Assembly: GCA_963841735.1 (NCBI GenBank)
Contig: CAWJDT010000005.1
Coordinates: forward strand, 224,001 to 288,000
Origin: an uncultured Actinomycetes bacterium
GTDB lineage: Bacteria > Actinomycetota > Thermoleophilia > RBG-16-64-13
DNA length: 64,000 nucleotides
Reading direction: 5' to 3'
How positions within the stretch are numbered: position 1 is the first letter of the stretch; each line of letters opens with the position of its first letter. Under the pieces are notes generated by a model. It was given only the letters and a program-made list of their open reading frames with translations, did no database searches and was not told where the DNA came from. This document shows positions 19,475 to 29,011 of this stretch, one piece after another. A program made the position numbers and the translations under genes.

Positions 19475-21625
19475 CTAGACACGCAATAGCCCTTCTCCGA
19501 CAAGGAACTCCGCCCCATTTCCCATTCCGTAGTCCAGAAGCTCGTCGCTGAAGGAGCCCTTGAGAGCGCAGAAGTACACCTGCGCGCCGATCCTCCTGGC
19601 CATCTCGACAATCCGCGTGGCTTGGTCGAGTTTGAGTGAATCGGCCGTCCGTTTACATTCTGCGACGAGTCGTTCTGGGCCGAAGCCGAAAAAGACGTCA
19701 AAGTCCACGGTTGGTGCGCCGGGCACCGTGACATCCAAGCCTGGCCAATAGGCCATTTGAAGAGCACTCCGGTCACGGGGCGTGAAACGGCGAACTGCCG
19801 CCAAGACTGGGAGCAAGTCGTTGTCCATCATTGTTTCAGCCAAACCATCCAGCCTAAGGTAAGACTTGGCTTCTAGTCCGTCCCCTTGAAGCAGCGGCAG
19901 GGTGAATTCAGCCCGACAGGCAAGGCAACGCATGACGTCATCAAGATCAGAAATCGGATAGAACTCCTTTGCCCCGCATTCCTCGCACTGGTAGGTTCTC
20001 CCTCGCCTGACTAGACCTGTCGCCAAGAGTCTCTCTAGAAGCGGCGCGATGTCCGCTCTGGCGAAGCCAATTTGTGACGCGATGTCGTCCAGCGTCTTGG
20101 TATTGGGCCGAAGAAGGATCAACTCGTTCTTGACCGTGTCCTGGATAAACCGGTCAAAGCCTTCAGGCTCCTCGCACTTGGCGTCCTTGAGCGCTTTAGA
20201 GATGCTCGCCTCAACCTTGCGCCTGGCGAGAGAGGCGAGATTCTCGAAGATGGCGATGGCCAGGGTGTTGGTCAACACAGACAAGCCTTCAAGTCCTCCA
20301 ACTCGGTCAATGACGGCCCGCGCAAACCTTCCTGGGGGAGTAATCTCGGCGCTCAAACCTAGGTCCTGCATGTAAGCATTCAGGGCCTCATCCGGGTCTA
20401 AGACTCTCAGCTTGAGATCAAAAGAGCGACTCGGAGACTGAGTGCGAATGCAGAACCTCCCTTGGTAGGCGTAGCCGTTTTGCTGAATCTTGGCTGCAGC
20501 TGATCTCGTAACCGGGAAGGGATTCGGCCAGGTCACCTCCAACACGACGCTGTTGCTGTATTTAGCCGCAAAGCCTTTAGGTACCCCGAATCGCATGGTG
20601 TTTTCCCCACGCCGCAATGCAGCGAGATCGTCGGCAAACAGACCGCGTCTGAGCTGCCCTCCCGGGAGATATCCCGCAAACGCGAATTCGAGCGCGCGCT
20701 GCTCGCTTGCTGCCGGTCCTCTAAGCTGTTCAGTCCGAGTTTCCTCTGGCACCTCAACCATTCCAGCGGCGACTAGCTCCTGTCTGGCGGAATCCCGAAT
20801 AGAGGCCGCCGCGAATATGCGCACATCCGGCTTCTGGCGAAGCCGCGACTCCGCGGCAATCCACTTGACCATCTCCGCGACAACCGCCTGCTCCTTGAGA
20901 AAGCCGACCGGCATGATAATCAGTTGCTCACGGCTACCCCAGCTCACCACGCGGGAGCGATAGTTCCAGGCCGTGCACAGGTCATCAAAGCTGTCCGTCT
21001 GGACGACGTAGATGAATCTGTCATAAGCGGGAGAGACTTGCTCATGTAGGTCGATCAGGCGGACTGATTGCGCGAGCGGCGAGACGCCAGAGGTTTGGCC
21101 GTCAAGCAGCGCGAGCTTCGCTGCCAATTCAGTTGGGGCCGCACGCAAAGAGAAGGCTTCTTCATACGCTCCTCGATCTCCCGGATTCAGCGAGCCCCAG
21201 ATGATGGTTTCGACATCTGGCAGAGGATCTTCATTGACGGAGGGAATAGTGAGCAGGTACTTCGAGGAAGAGTCTCCCGAGAGCCAGAGATTCAGCGGAT
21301 GAAGATACCAGTCCGTTAGCTTCGGGTGAATCTGCTGGACATTGATTCGTGGAAACAGCTCTCGGATTGCTGCCGCCGAGAACGCAGAGTGATAGAAGAC
21401 TGTCTCCACATCGCGAATCGCGGTATAGGCGCCAGTAGCGGGGTCCATTTCTGGCGTCCCCTCCGAGACCGGAATCACGAGAGCGTTCGCTCCGTTCCAG
21501 ATTTCCGAGGCATTTCGGGCAACACTGGCTAGGGCCGAGATATCTCCTCGCGGAATGACAAACCCCAGTTCGGGTCCCCGGAGGCCATACGAGATTCGCT
21601 GCTGTGATAGCTCACCTTGCCCCAT
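19475..21625 (-). CDS. Large hypothetical protein with wHTH, Zn ribbon and C-terminal PD-(D/E)XK-like nuclease
   Basis: CEECG...CLAC; DFDVFF...VAECK; wHTH-like LDDIASQIG...LLATGLV. Confidence 0.65.
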   Translation of the reverse strand: MGQGELSQQRISYGLRGPELGFVIPRGDISALASVARNASEIWNGANALVIPVSEGTPEMDPATGAYTAIRDVETVFYHSAFSAAAIRELFPRINVQQIHPKLTDWYLHPLNLWLSGDSSSKYLLTIPSVNEDPLPDVETIIWGSLNPGDRGAYEEAFSLRAAPTELAAKLALLDGQTSGVSPLAQSVRLIDLHEQVSPAYDRFIYVVQTDSFDDLCTAWNYRSRVVSWGSREQLIIMPVGFLKEQAVVAEMVKWIAAESRLRQKPDVRIFAAASIRDSARQELVAAGMVEVPEETRTEQLRGPAASEQRALEFAFAGYLPGGQLRRGLFADDLAALRRGENTMRFGVPKGFAAKYSNSVVLEVTWPNPFPVTRSAAAKIQQNGYAYQGRFCIRTQSPSRSFDLKLRVLDPDEALNAYMQDLGLSAEITPPGRFARAVIDRVGGLEGLSVLTNTLAIAIFENLASLARRKVEASISKALKDAKCEEPEGFDRFIQDTVKNELILLRPNTKTLDDIASQIGFARADIAPLLERLLATGLVRRGRTYQCEECGAKEFYPISDLDDVMRCLACRAEFTLPLLQGDGLEAKSYLRLDGLAETMMDNDLLPVLAAVRRFTPRDRSALQMAYWPGLDVTVPGAPTVDFDVFFGFGPERLVAECKRTADSLKLDQATRIVEMARRIGAQVYFCALKGSFSDELLDYGMGNGAEFLVGEGLLRV

Positions 21626-21744
21626 GCCGACGTTCCTCCTGAAGAAAGTAGCCGCCTTGCCGAGCTAGCTGGGCAGTGCCAAGCATAGCGCGACCTCAGC
21701 TGGACGACAGCCAGTAATACGCTTAGCTATCCGATAAGTCGCGA

Positions 21745-22947
21745 TCACCGGGAGGCGCGGAATCCAAAGGCTGTGTTGGTGCTGCCTGGCACACTGCCCA
21801 AATCAAGGTTAAGCACGCCCGCTTGGCCGCCATCGCTCCAACGGCCGCCACGCCGAAAACCACGTAATGATGCGTCGCTAACTGAGCTATACAGCTGGCC
21901 AACACCTTGGCTAGAGTTCCAAGTGTCTGAACCAGACAAGCCGATACTTCTAGGGAGAGGATTTGCCGGCAAGGAGCCCGGCTCTGTCACGGCGGTCCAT
22001 TGCTTCCAGGCGAAGGCGCCTTCTCCAGTAATGCCCGGCTGGCCGCCGGTCGTCTGGCCAGCTGTCCATTCCGAGACATTACCTGCAAAGTCCCAGATTA
22101 CTTCTCCGTTCGTGAGAGTGAGCGTACGGCTCTGGTTGCCGCTAGCGCTTCCAGTGCCGTAGTAGCCGTTAGAGTCGTTTGAATCGGCTGCCAGGGCGTT
22201 TGTCGGATCATTGTCATTGTGTCCCGAGTAGATATAGCCGGAGCCGACGCTCCCGCCGCTCCAGTTGCTGGCGACGGCCAAGACGTTCTGGGCGACTGTC
22301 ATCCATTCGGCTTCGGTAATCAGGTGGCAGCCGTCGCAACCGACAACATTGGAGCTGTAAGCAGCGGCATTGGTCTGGTTGATGCTGACCCAGGGTGCGC
22401 CGGAGGCTTGTGAAACGGGGACGGTGCCTCCGGCGTTCTTGGCTTCATACTTCATGAGGCAGAAGTCATTGGTGCCGTACGTGCCACTGCCAGGAACCGG
22501 TATGAAACCGGAAGGACAGGCCGAGCCAACCGATGAGCCGCTGCCGGTGGTGGCTATGGCCGGGGCGGTCATGTCGGTAACGGAGTAGCTGGCAGTGCCG
22601 TTGGTACTGGTCAAGTGGAAGGTCTTGCCGGCTATCTGGCTGTAGACCAGCGTGTTGCCCAAGCTGGTCTTCAGGCAGTAGTTGGCATCTACAGTGGGCG
22701 CGGTTGGGCAGTTGCTGCCGTCCAGCGACGTGGGGTAGGAACCATAGAGCGTGTTGTAGTTCTTGAGCAGGGTTGAGGCATTGGCCAGGTCAGACTGCAG
22801 AGAGCTGACCTTGGCCCTATTGGATATACCTGAATAGGAAACGATGGTTATGGCGGCCAGGATGCCGATGACGACAATGACAACCAGAAGCTCGACGATG
22901 GTGAAAGCAGGACGTCTGGTTGGAAACAGCTTATCTATAATACGCAT
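21745..22947 (-). CDS. Prepilin-type N-methylation domain plus FGE-sulfatase (CLec-fold) protein
   Basis: AFTIVELLVVIVVIGILAAI; FCLMKYEA, LITEAEW, DFAGNVSEW, RGGRW...FGFRASR C-terminus. Confidence 0.85.
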   Translation of the reverse strand: MRIIDKLFPTRRPAFTIVELLVVIVVIGILAAITIVSYSGISNRAKVSSLQSDLANASTLLKNYNTLYGSYPTSLDGSNCPTAPTVDANYCLKTSLGNTLVYSQIAGKTFHLTSTNGTASYSVTDMTAPAIATTGSGSSVGSACPSGFIPVPGSGTYGTNDFCLMKYEAKNAGGTVPVSQASGAPWVSINQTNAAAYSSNVVGCDGCHLITEAEWMTVAQNVLAVASNWSGGSVGSGYIYSGHNDNDPTNALAADSNDSNGYYGTGSASGNQSRTLTLTNGEVIWDFAGNVSEWTAGQTTGGQPGITGEGAFAWKQWTAVTEPGSLPANPLPRSIGLSGSDTWNSSQGVGQLYSSVSDASLRGFRRGGRWSDGGQAGVLNLDLGSVPGSTNTAFGFRASR

Positions 22948-22957
22948 CTATGAATAG

Positions 22958-23013
22958 AGTTTATGCTTAAGCTGCATTGAGAGCAATACTTCGCCTGTTA
23001 TGGTTGTGGATAA
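22958..23013 (-). promoter_or_regulatory. Promoter of pilin-CLec gene 1 plus DnaA-box-like 9-mer
   Basis: TTGCTC-17-TAAACT, 10 nt before ATG, no SD; TGTGGATAA at 23005-23013. Confidence 0.6.
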
Positions 23014-23065
23014 GTCAGCCGTATAGCTAGACTGGGCGAGCCTGCACGGCGTCTATAATGAAGGC

Positions 23066-24313
23066 ATGACAGACAATCAAAACAACCCTCCCTACCAGTC
23101 GGCCCTCGATATTCCATCGATTGCGAAAATGGCCGACGAGCTGCAGACTGCCGGAAGGCTGACGCGTGTGTTCGGGCGAAAGCATCGCGCGGAGATCTTG
23201 AAGATCGAGGCCCAGCTGCATCGGCTCGTTGGGATCGTCGATCGCTTCTATGCCCTGTTGGGGCCTCGTCACTGGATCTTTCACGACCGGTTGAATGTCG
23301 AACAAATCGCGGACCTACTCGACCTGCCGGTGGACGAGGCCGAGCGCAGACTAATTGAGCTGTACATGGAGCCCGAATCTCTCCGATTCGCGATTCTCGG
23401 ACTGAACCATTTCCCAGCCATGCGATTACGCATGCATCTGTTGGAACGAGCCGAGAAGGATTACCACGAGAAGCGCTACTACTCGACCGTCCTCGTGCTG
23501 CTGGCCGTCATGGATGGATTCGTGAACGATTTCGAGAACCAGCATCGAGGTCTGCACACGCGGTCCGAGGAGGAAATGAGCGCATGGGATAGTGTCGTCG
23601 GGCATCACCTCGGCCTAACGAATGCTCACAGGACCTTCACGAAGAGCACATCAAAGACGAGCGATGAAGAGGTCTTCGATCTCTATCGGAATGGCATCGT
23701 CCACGGCACTATCGTGAACTTCGACAATGACGTCGTGGCAACCAAGGCGTGGAACCGGCTTTTTGCCGTCTGTGACTGGGCAACTAGCGAGGAACGCCGC
23801 CGAGTCGAGCCCGAAGCAGAGCCGACTTGGCGAGAGCTATTTGCACAGATGGCCGAGAACCAGAAAGCCAGAAAAGCGCTAGATGAGTGGAAGCCGTCGG
23901 TGCTGGAGGCTGGAGCGCCCGGACTGGAATCCAACGAGGTCTTTGTTAGGGCGAATGAGTACCTCTCCCTCTGGAAGCGGGGCAACTACGGCCGCATGGC
24001 TCCGTTCCTGTCCAAGCTCGTCGCGGAAGACTCGGACAAAGCCACTGCCGGGATGATTCGCACGGAGTACAGCACCTTCCCGCTGACGGCGTTCACCATC
24101 ACTGCAGTCAGGCATGACGTGCCGGCAATCTGTGAGGTCGAAGCGGAGCTGGAGTTCGGTCCTGAGCGCAAGAGTGCGCGCATGCAGTGGAACCGAGAGG
24201 GCGACGACTGGGTGCCGGTATCACCAAACCAGCCAGGTGAGTGGCGACTGGTGCGTTGGGGTCCTCTCGCCATGATGCAGCCCGAACCAGCTGGCGAGGA
24301 CGAGACGAGCTAG
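23066..24313 (+). CDS. Putative HEPN-domain protein (defence candidate)
   Basis: RNGIVH (RX4H) preceded by a helical YYSTVLVLLAVMDG segment; TATAAT 6 nt before ATG. Confidence 0.6.
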   Translation: MTDNQNNPPYQSALDIPSIAKMADELQTAGRLTRVFGRKHRAEILKIEAQLHRLVGIVDRFYALLGPRHWIFHDRLNVEQIADLLDLPVDEAERRLIELYMEPESLRFAILGLNHFPAMRLRMHLLERAEKDYHEKRYYSTVLVLLAVMDGFVNDFENQHRGLHTRSEEEMSAWDSVVGHHLGLTNAHRTFTKSTSKTSDEEVFDLYRNGIVHGTIVNFDNDVVATKAWNRLFAVCDWATSEERRRVEPEAEPTWRELFAQMAENQKARKALDEWKPSVLEAGAPGLESNEVFVRANEYLSLWKRGNYGRMAPFLSKLVAEDSDKATAGMIRTEYSTFPLTAFTITAVRHDVPAICEVEAELEFGPERKSARMQWNREGDDWVPVSPNQPGEWRLVRWGPLAMMQPEPAGEDETS

Positions 24314-26199
24314 TCCAATACTCTGACGTGCTCCAGCGTGATTGACAGACAGTCGGGTATCTTGCCACCGGCAAGCAAGCAGGCATCGTGGTATGTCCAA
24401 GCATCCTTGCCAGCGAATCCAAGCCCTTGTGATACGAGTTCGTCCCTAGCCGCAACCCACTCCGGCCAGGAATCGTGAACTAGCGCCTCCAAGGTCGGCT
24501 CATTGAAGAATAGACGATCGGCCACCTTCCCTGAGGGCCAGTCGATTTCGCTGCAGCCGAAGAACTTCAGCAGTTTGCGGTTCCAGGACTTGGTGTTTTC
24601 TATACTCGACTCCAGGTCTTTTTCGCGCTTGGAGTCAGCTGCGGCCTTTGCTTCAGCCAGCTTATCCTCAAGTTGTCGATCGTTGTCCACGACAACTACT
24701 GCGGGTACTCCCAGCCGCTCCAAGATTACGAATGGCAGGAGCACGCCCGTCTTACCTCCGCATTCTGCGACGCACACTCCGTTGCTGACCAAGCTCTGCA
24801 CTAGCTCCGAAGCACCATTGAACATGCCTCTGTCCGTCGAGCCCTCTACAAGAAGAACCCTATCAGCGAACAGCGCCTCGGCTAGAGAGCCCATGCACAC
24901 GCCATCGAGCTGGCGCTTGACGCTTGGTTCATCCACGTAGCAATCTAGGCGCGCTAGCACCTTGTCCACGGAAGATCCCGAAACTGACACCGCGCCTTGA
25001 CTGCCGCCGCCTGAACGGCTGACCCGCCTGATCTGATGAAAGGCCCGGGGTTCTATGAAATATGGGCTATGAGTTGCGTATGCGACTTGCACGCCCTGGT
25101 CAGGGTTCTTCGCTAGATCACGCAGGACCGACGCAAAGTTGCGAGCCTGCAGGGGATGCTGAAAGAGTTCGGGCTCCTCAATTGCGAGGCAGATCGTGCC
25201 TTGCTCTCCCTTGCCCTTTCCGCGCTCAGCCAGCAGCTGAAGAGCTGAGATCAACAGGGCGCGCTGGAAACCGTGTCCCTGTCTTTCCACGGTTGTCTCA
25301 GTGTCGTCGTCCATGATCTTGACTTTGAACTGCGCCTTTTGCTGCGGAATTGCTAGGTCCTGCGCGCTGACCTGAACTTCGCGCCCTGAAGTGAAGGCGG
25401 ACACGGCCGAGGTCATCCTCTCGGAAAGCTCCTTGAGCTGCTCTCCAAAATGCTTACCGTGGATGTCTGCCTGCTCAGCAGCCACCTTAGCCATCAACTC
25501 GGCAAGGTCGGCGTCCGCGCCAGACCGATCGACCGCTTGTTCGAGGACGCGGCCGATTATGGCATTTCGGTTGTCTTGTGCTTGTTCGCTCGCGCGCAGG
25601 TCGGCGGTTACAAAGACGTAGTCGAAAAGACCCGTCATTACAAATTGGCCGTTGAAACCGAACAGGTGAGTGGTCGATGAGATATCAACATCTTCTAGCT
25701 TATCGGGGTTGTCTGCTTCCCACTGATCCAGCGCGGTCAGCCGCCCGGCATCGTTCCGAACCGATGGAAGCCCGAGGTCGGGGCGAGCAACTCTTAACTC
25801 GTCATATCGCTCCCCACGTTCGGTTGCGTTAATCCCCTCACGAACACTCGCGAACTCCGGCCGGGCTCTGCCCTTTCCATAGAGCTTATCTTTGCCGTCT
25901 TGCCAATGCTTCCAGAGGGTTACAGCGTCTCTCCCTGGTACGGCATAGCGACCTAGTGCTTCCCGATCCTTGTCTGTCAACCCAGCGAACTCGACTGACA
26001 CTTCAATTTGCTTTTCTTCCGCTCCCGAGAAGACATCGTCCTCGGTAATAGTGCCGCCATTGAAGAACCAATCAAGAGCTCGCAGAATGGTAGATTTCCC
26101 GACTCCATTCGGCCCGATGAAAGTCGTTACATCGTCGAAGTCGACAGCGACGTCGTCTAGGCAGCGGAAACCGACGATGTGAACCTTCTTGATTCGCAT
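24310..26199 (-). CDS. OLD-family ATP-dependent endonuclease (ABC ATPase plus TOPRIM)
   Basis: GPNGVGKS Walker A, IEEPELFQHP Walker B, THSP, LFADRVLLVEGSTD and DND TOPRIM motifs. Confidence 0.9.
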   Translation of the reverse strand: MRIKKVHIVGFRCLDDVAVDFDDVTTFIGPNGVGKSTILRALDWFFNGGTITEDDVFSGAEEKQIEVSVEFAGLTDKDREALGRYAVPGRDAVTLWKHWQDGKDKLYGKGRARPEFASVREGINATERGERYDELRVARPDLGLPSVRNDAGRLTALDQWEADNPDKLEDVDISSTTHLFGFNGQFVMTGLFDYVFVTADLRASEQAQDNRNAIIGRVLEQAVDRSGADADLAELMAKVAAEQADIHGKHFGEQLKELSERMTSAVSAFTSGREVQVSAQDLAIPQQKAQFKVKIMDDDTETTVERQGHGFQRALLISALQLLAERGKGKGEQGTICLAIEEPELFQHPLQARNFASVLRDLAKNPDQGVQVAYATHSPYFIEPRAFHQIRRVSRSGGGSQGAVSVSGSSVDKVLARLDCYVDEPSVKRQLDGVCMGSLAEALFADRVLLVEGSTDRGMFNGASELVQSLVSNGVCVAECGGKTGVLLPFVILERLGVPAVVVVDNDRQLEDKLAEAKAAADSKREKDLESSIENTKSWNRKLLKFFGCSEIDWPSGKVADRLFFNEPTLEALVHDSWPEWVAARDELVSQGLGFAGKDAWTYHDACLLAGGKIPDCLSITLEHVRVLD

Positions 26200-26285
26200 A
26201 CATGTCTCCCTTCAGCTACCCGTGTTCTGCTCCCGTTGGCCGTTCGGCTTAGCCAAGTGCTACGTTTCGTCATCATCTGCGACCC

Positions 26286-26314
26286 ATTATATGAGCACGA
26301 ACGTTTGTTCGCAA
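26286..26314 (-). promoter_or_regulatory. Sigma-A promoter overlapped by a LexA (Cheo) box
   Basis: TTGCGA-17-TATAAT; CGAAC-gttt-GTTCG at 26298-26311. Confidence 0.78.
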
Positions 26315-26364
26315 TCGCATGGACTCGGTGCGGGCTCCAATGCGTGCCGACAGCTTCAGGTTGT

Positions 26365-27237
26365 TCACCGTTTTGGAAACAGCCCGCCAAAGAGGAGTCC
26401 GAGATACAAGAACGCCATGTCCTCATCGTCGTCCCTGTACGCGTCAAGAGCCTTCCTGGCCCTGCCCGCCGCCGTCTTGAGCTTCGACAGAGCCTCTGAA
26501 TGCTTGGCTTCACTTGAACAGGGGTGGATTCTTCCGCAGGCACCCTTGGGGTCGTTCATGGCAGCGAGTTCATGGCCTTCGAGACTCTCAAGGATCAGGC
26601 ACAGGTCAAAGACGTGGATATAGAGAGACTGCTTCGCTACGTGCTGCGCAGCGCGCATCTCCAGATAGAACGAGGAAATCGGGACGTTTAAGTAGTACTT
26701 CCACGCTTTAAGCAGTCGCGCGAGACCCTTTGCATCGCCCTTGTGCGGCTTTTCATTACATTCATTCACGTAGGCAAGGTGCTCATAAGGCGCGGAATCA
26801 ATCCAGCCGCTTCCAACGCTGGGGCCTGGGATGTCGTACACCAACTGACCGGGGCCACCTCTACCCGTGAGGAAGGCGGGGATGACTTCCCACGTCTCAG
26901 CTCCTCCAGCGAATCTCACAGCTACCGCCGGTCGGCGAATCGTGACCTCGGTCGAGGGGAATCTCTTCGAAAGCGCATCCTTCACCCACTCAAGAGCTGT
27001 GTACGACGATTCCGGCTTCGAGTCCTTCAGCCGCACCACGGCATCGACATCGCTATAGAACCGAATGCCTGTTCCGTGCGAGAAGGAGCCAGTCTCGAAG
27101 AAGTTGGCGACGCTTAGATTGTCTTCAAGAGCGGCCTTGACCGATGCACGGTGGGATGCGGCAGCGCTGCGCTCCGTTGCCGTAGGAGTCAGCCCGGATA
27201 GGAAGTCTTCAAAAGCCTGGCTCACAGTCCGCGCCAT
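26365..27237 (-). CDS. CD-NTase/SMODS nucleotidyltransferase 2
   Basis: TGSFSHGT...SDVD, WEVIPAF, LLKAWKY, ISSFYLE, LFGGLFP C-terminus. Confidence 0.88.
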   Translation of the reverse strand: MARTVSQAFEDFLSGLTPTATERSAAASHRASVKAALEDNLSVANFFETGSFSHGTGIRFYSDVDAVVRLKDSKPESSYTALEWVKDALSKRFPSTEVTIRRPAVAVRFAGGAETWEVIPAFLTGRGGPGQLVYDIPGPSVGSGWIDSAPYEHLAYVNECNEKPHKGDAKGLARLLKAWKYYLNVPISSFYLEMRAAQHVAKQSLYIHVFDLCLILESLEGHELAAMNDPKGACGRIHPCSSEAKHSEALSKLKTAAGRARKALDAYRDDDEDMAFLYLGLLFGGLFPKR

Positions 27238-27246
27238 ACGATTCAC

Positions 27247-28122
27247 CTATCCATATGCTGGAAAATCATCGCCAAGTATGATTCCCCATAGCCTTATGGC
27301 TTCTTCATGATCTCCGTCTCGCTGCGCCTCGATTGCATCTGAGGCCCGGCCGTGAGTTGAAGAAAAAGACTGCTTCAGGTCTGATTCTTGGAGGGGAGTG
27401 AGGCTCGCCCCAAGATCGCCGCCATAGCCGTCCGGGTCCTGAACGTGGATGTAGCCCCCGGCCCATTCGAAGAACTTCTGAAGTCCTATCGCATGGTTAC
27501 TACTCATGGTTGAAAACGCAGCCCCGACCATTGCCTCAAGGTGCCATGAGCCGAGCCGCTTGCTGTGTTCGTTGTTCCATCGCTTAAGAATTCGCACCCG
27601 TCGTCTGAACTGGCCAGACAAGGCCGTATCGCGGTCCTGAGCCCACTGCTCCTGCTTTGGCGGGTCCGTCTTTATCCAGGAACCGTCACCAGCCGGCAGG
27701 AAATAGCCTCCACTATTCACGCCGAAGACCGGCGCGATATCGACGTGTAATCCGTCTTTGTAGAAGAGCCTGACTGCTTGGCCTCGTGCTCCAACTTGTT
27801 GCACTTCAGTGCGGGCGTCTATCCTGCGTGTAACCCAGTAAAGGAAGCTTTGAGAGTCGTGCCGGTACTTCTCGAAGACCTGATTCTTGTTAGTAAAGAC
27901 AGCCAGAACGTCTATGTCATCGAGCGGACGAATCATCGTTCCTCGTGCCCCGGACCCCATCAACCGACTGGTCTTGAGTGGTACGTCGCAGTCAGCGGGG
28001 AATGACTCATCCAGCAGTTCCTTGACCCGAGCCGCTCGACTGACCATCGTCACTCGCTGCGCCTCGGTCAAGACGATCGCAGCTGCGAATTCCTTGAAGG
28101 CTTGCTCAACCGTCCTGGCCAT
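27247..28122 (-). CDS. CD-NTase/SMODS nucleotidyltransferase 1
   Basis: MGSGARGT...DDIDV, VDIAPVF, WIKTDP, ILKRWN, GSWHLE, WGIILGDDFP. Confidence 0.88.
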   Translation of the reverse strand: MARTVEQAFKEFAAAIVLTEAQRVTMVSRAARVKELLDESFPADCDVPLKTSRLMGSGARGTMIRPLDDIDVLAVFTNKNQVFEKYRHDSQSFLYWVTRRIDARTEVQQVGARGQAVRLFYKDGLHVDIAPVFGVNSGGYFLPAGDGSWIKTDPPKQEQWAQDRDTALSGQFRRRVRILKRWNNEHSKRLGSWHLEAMVGAAFSTMSSNHAIGLQKFFEWAGGYIHVQDPDGYGGDLGASLTPLQESDLKQSFSSTHGRASDAIEAQRDGDHEEAIRLWGIILGDDFPAYG

Positions 28123-29011
28123 CGCTTGCCCCCGGCCCGATGTTTCTCGCCGCATACTGCATGTCTTCTTCGAAAGAAGGAACAAGTGCCTTGTAGAACC
28201 ATTCTGGAACTAGCGGAGCAATCTTGCGCAGCCGGAATATTCCGTCCTGCAGCTCCCTCAACGGTTGCACCTCGCCAGGGAGGTGGGAGAGAAGGCTATC
28301 AACCTCATCCTCCAACAACTGGCGACTACCAGCAGCCTGAAAATGCTCGCGCGCTAGTTCGCAAGCGTCCAGCAACGCTGGCAGCGAGGGCAACGCGATG
28401 GTTGTAAGGTAAGCCGCCAGGGTCGCGTTGCCAGTCAAAGCAAGTGCAACACCGGCTAAGAACCAGAGCACCGCCGCGCCTGCCAGCACCCACGCGTAGG
28501 CGTAGTGCTGTCTGCGAGCCCATACTGCATTGGATCTCAGGCAGATGAGGACCGAATCGGGCCAAGCGTGCGCTGCCTGCGTTGGATACCAATCGCGTAC
28601 GGAGGCAAAGGGCGCCTCTCCCTTGCTCGCGTTCCGTATCTCCTCTGCGGGAATTGGCTTGCCAAGGACTGGGTTCCATGGCAACCCGAGGACATCGCAG
28701 TCGAACATCTCTTGCGCGAGCGCGCCTTTGATCCGACATCGGTCACGCCATGGACTAATCAGAACCCGGGAGACGAAGATCCAAACTCCGGCGAGGGCTC
28801 CGAGAAGCGGCCCGTAGGTCGGAGCGATAAAGAAGATCAACGGCGCGACTAGCGCAAGCAAGAGTGCCACTGAACGTCCCGCAAGTTGCATCCGTTTTGC
28901 TCGTCCGTAGTAGCAGCCCGCCGCAGTTTGGCGACGGAGGTTAGCTTCGCTCCTCTGTCTGCATCCGATGTCGGCCATGGTCGGACGACGTTCCACAAAA
29001 CGATGAGTCAT
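28106..29011 (-). CDS. SMODS-associated 4TM (S-4TM) putative pore-forming effector
   Basis: Two TM pairs; QEMFDCDVLGLPWN, RDWY, CLRSN, ELQDGIFRLR, LVPEWFY motifs; adjacent to the CD-NTases. Confidence 0.85.
   Translation of the reverse strand: MTHRFVERRPTMADIGCRQRSEANLRRQTAAGCYYGRAKRMQLAGRSVALLLALVAPLIFFIAPTYGPLLGALAGVWIFVSRVLISPWRDRCRIKGALAQEMFDCDVLGLPWNPVLGKPIPAEEIRNASKGEAPFASVRDWYPTQAAHAWPDSVLICLRSNAVWARRQHYAYAWVLAGAAVLWFLAGVALALTGNATLAAYLTTIALPSLPALLDACELAREHFQAAGSRQLLEDEVDSLLSHLPGEVQPLRELQDGIFRLRKIAPLVPEWFYKALVPSFEEDMQYAARNIGPGASDGQDG

Noticed and set aside
24310-26199. Gabija system
   Set aside because: No UvrD-like GajB gene is adjacent
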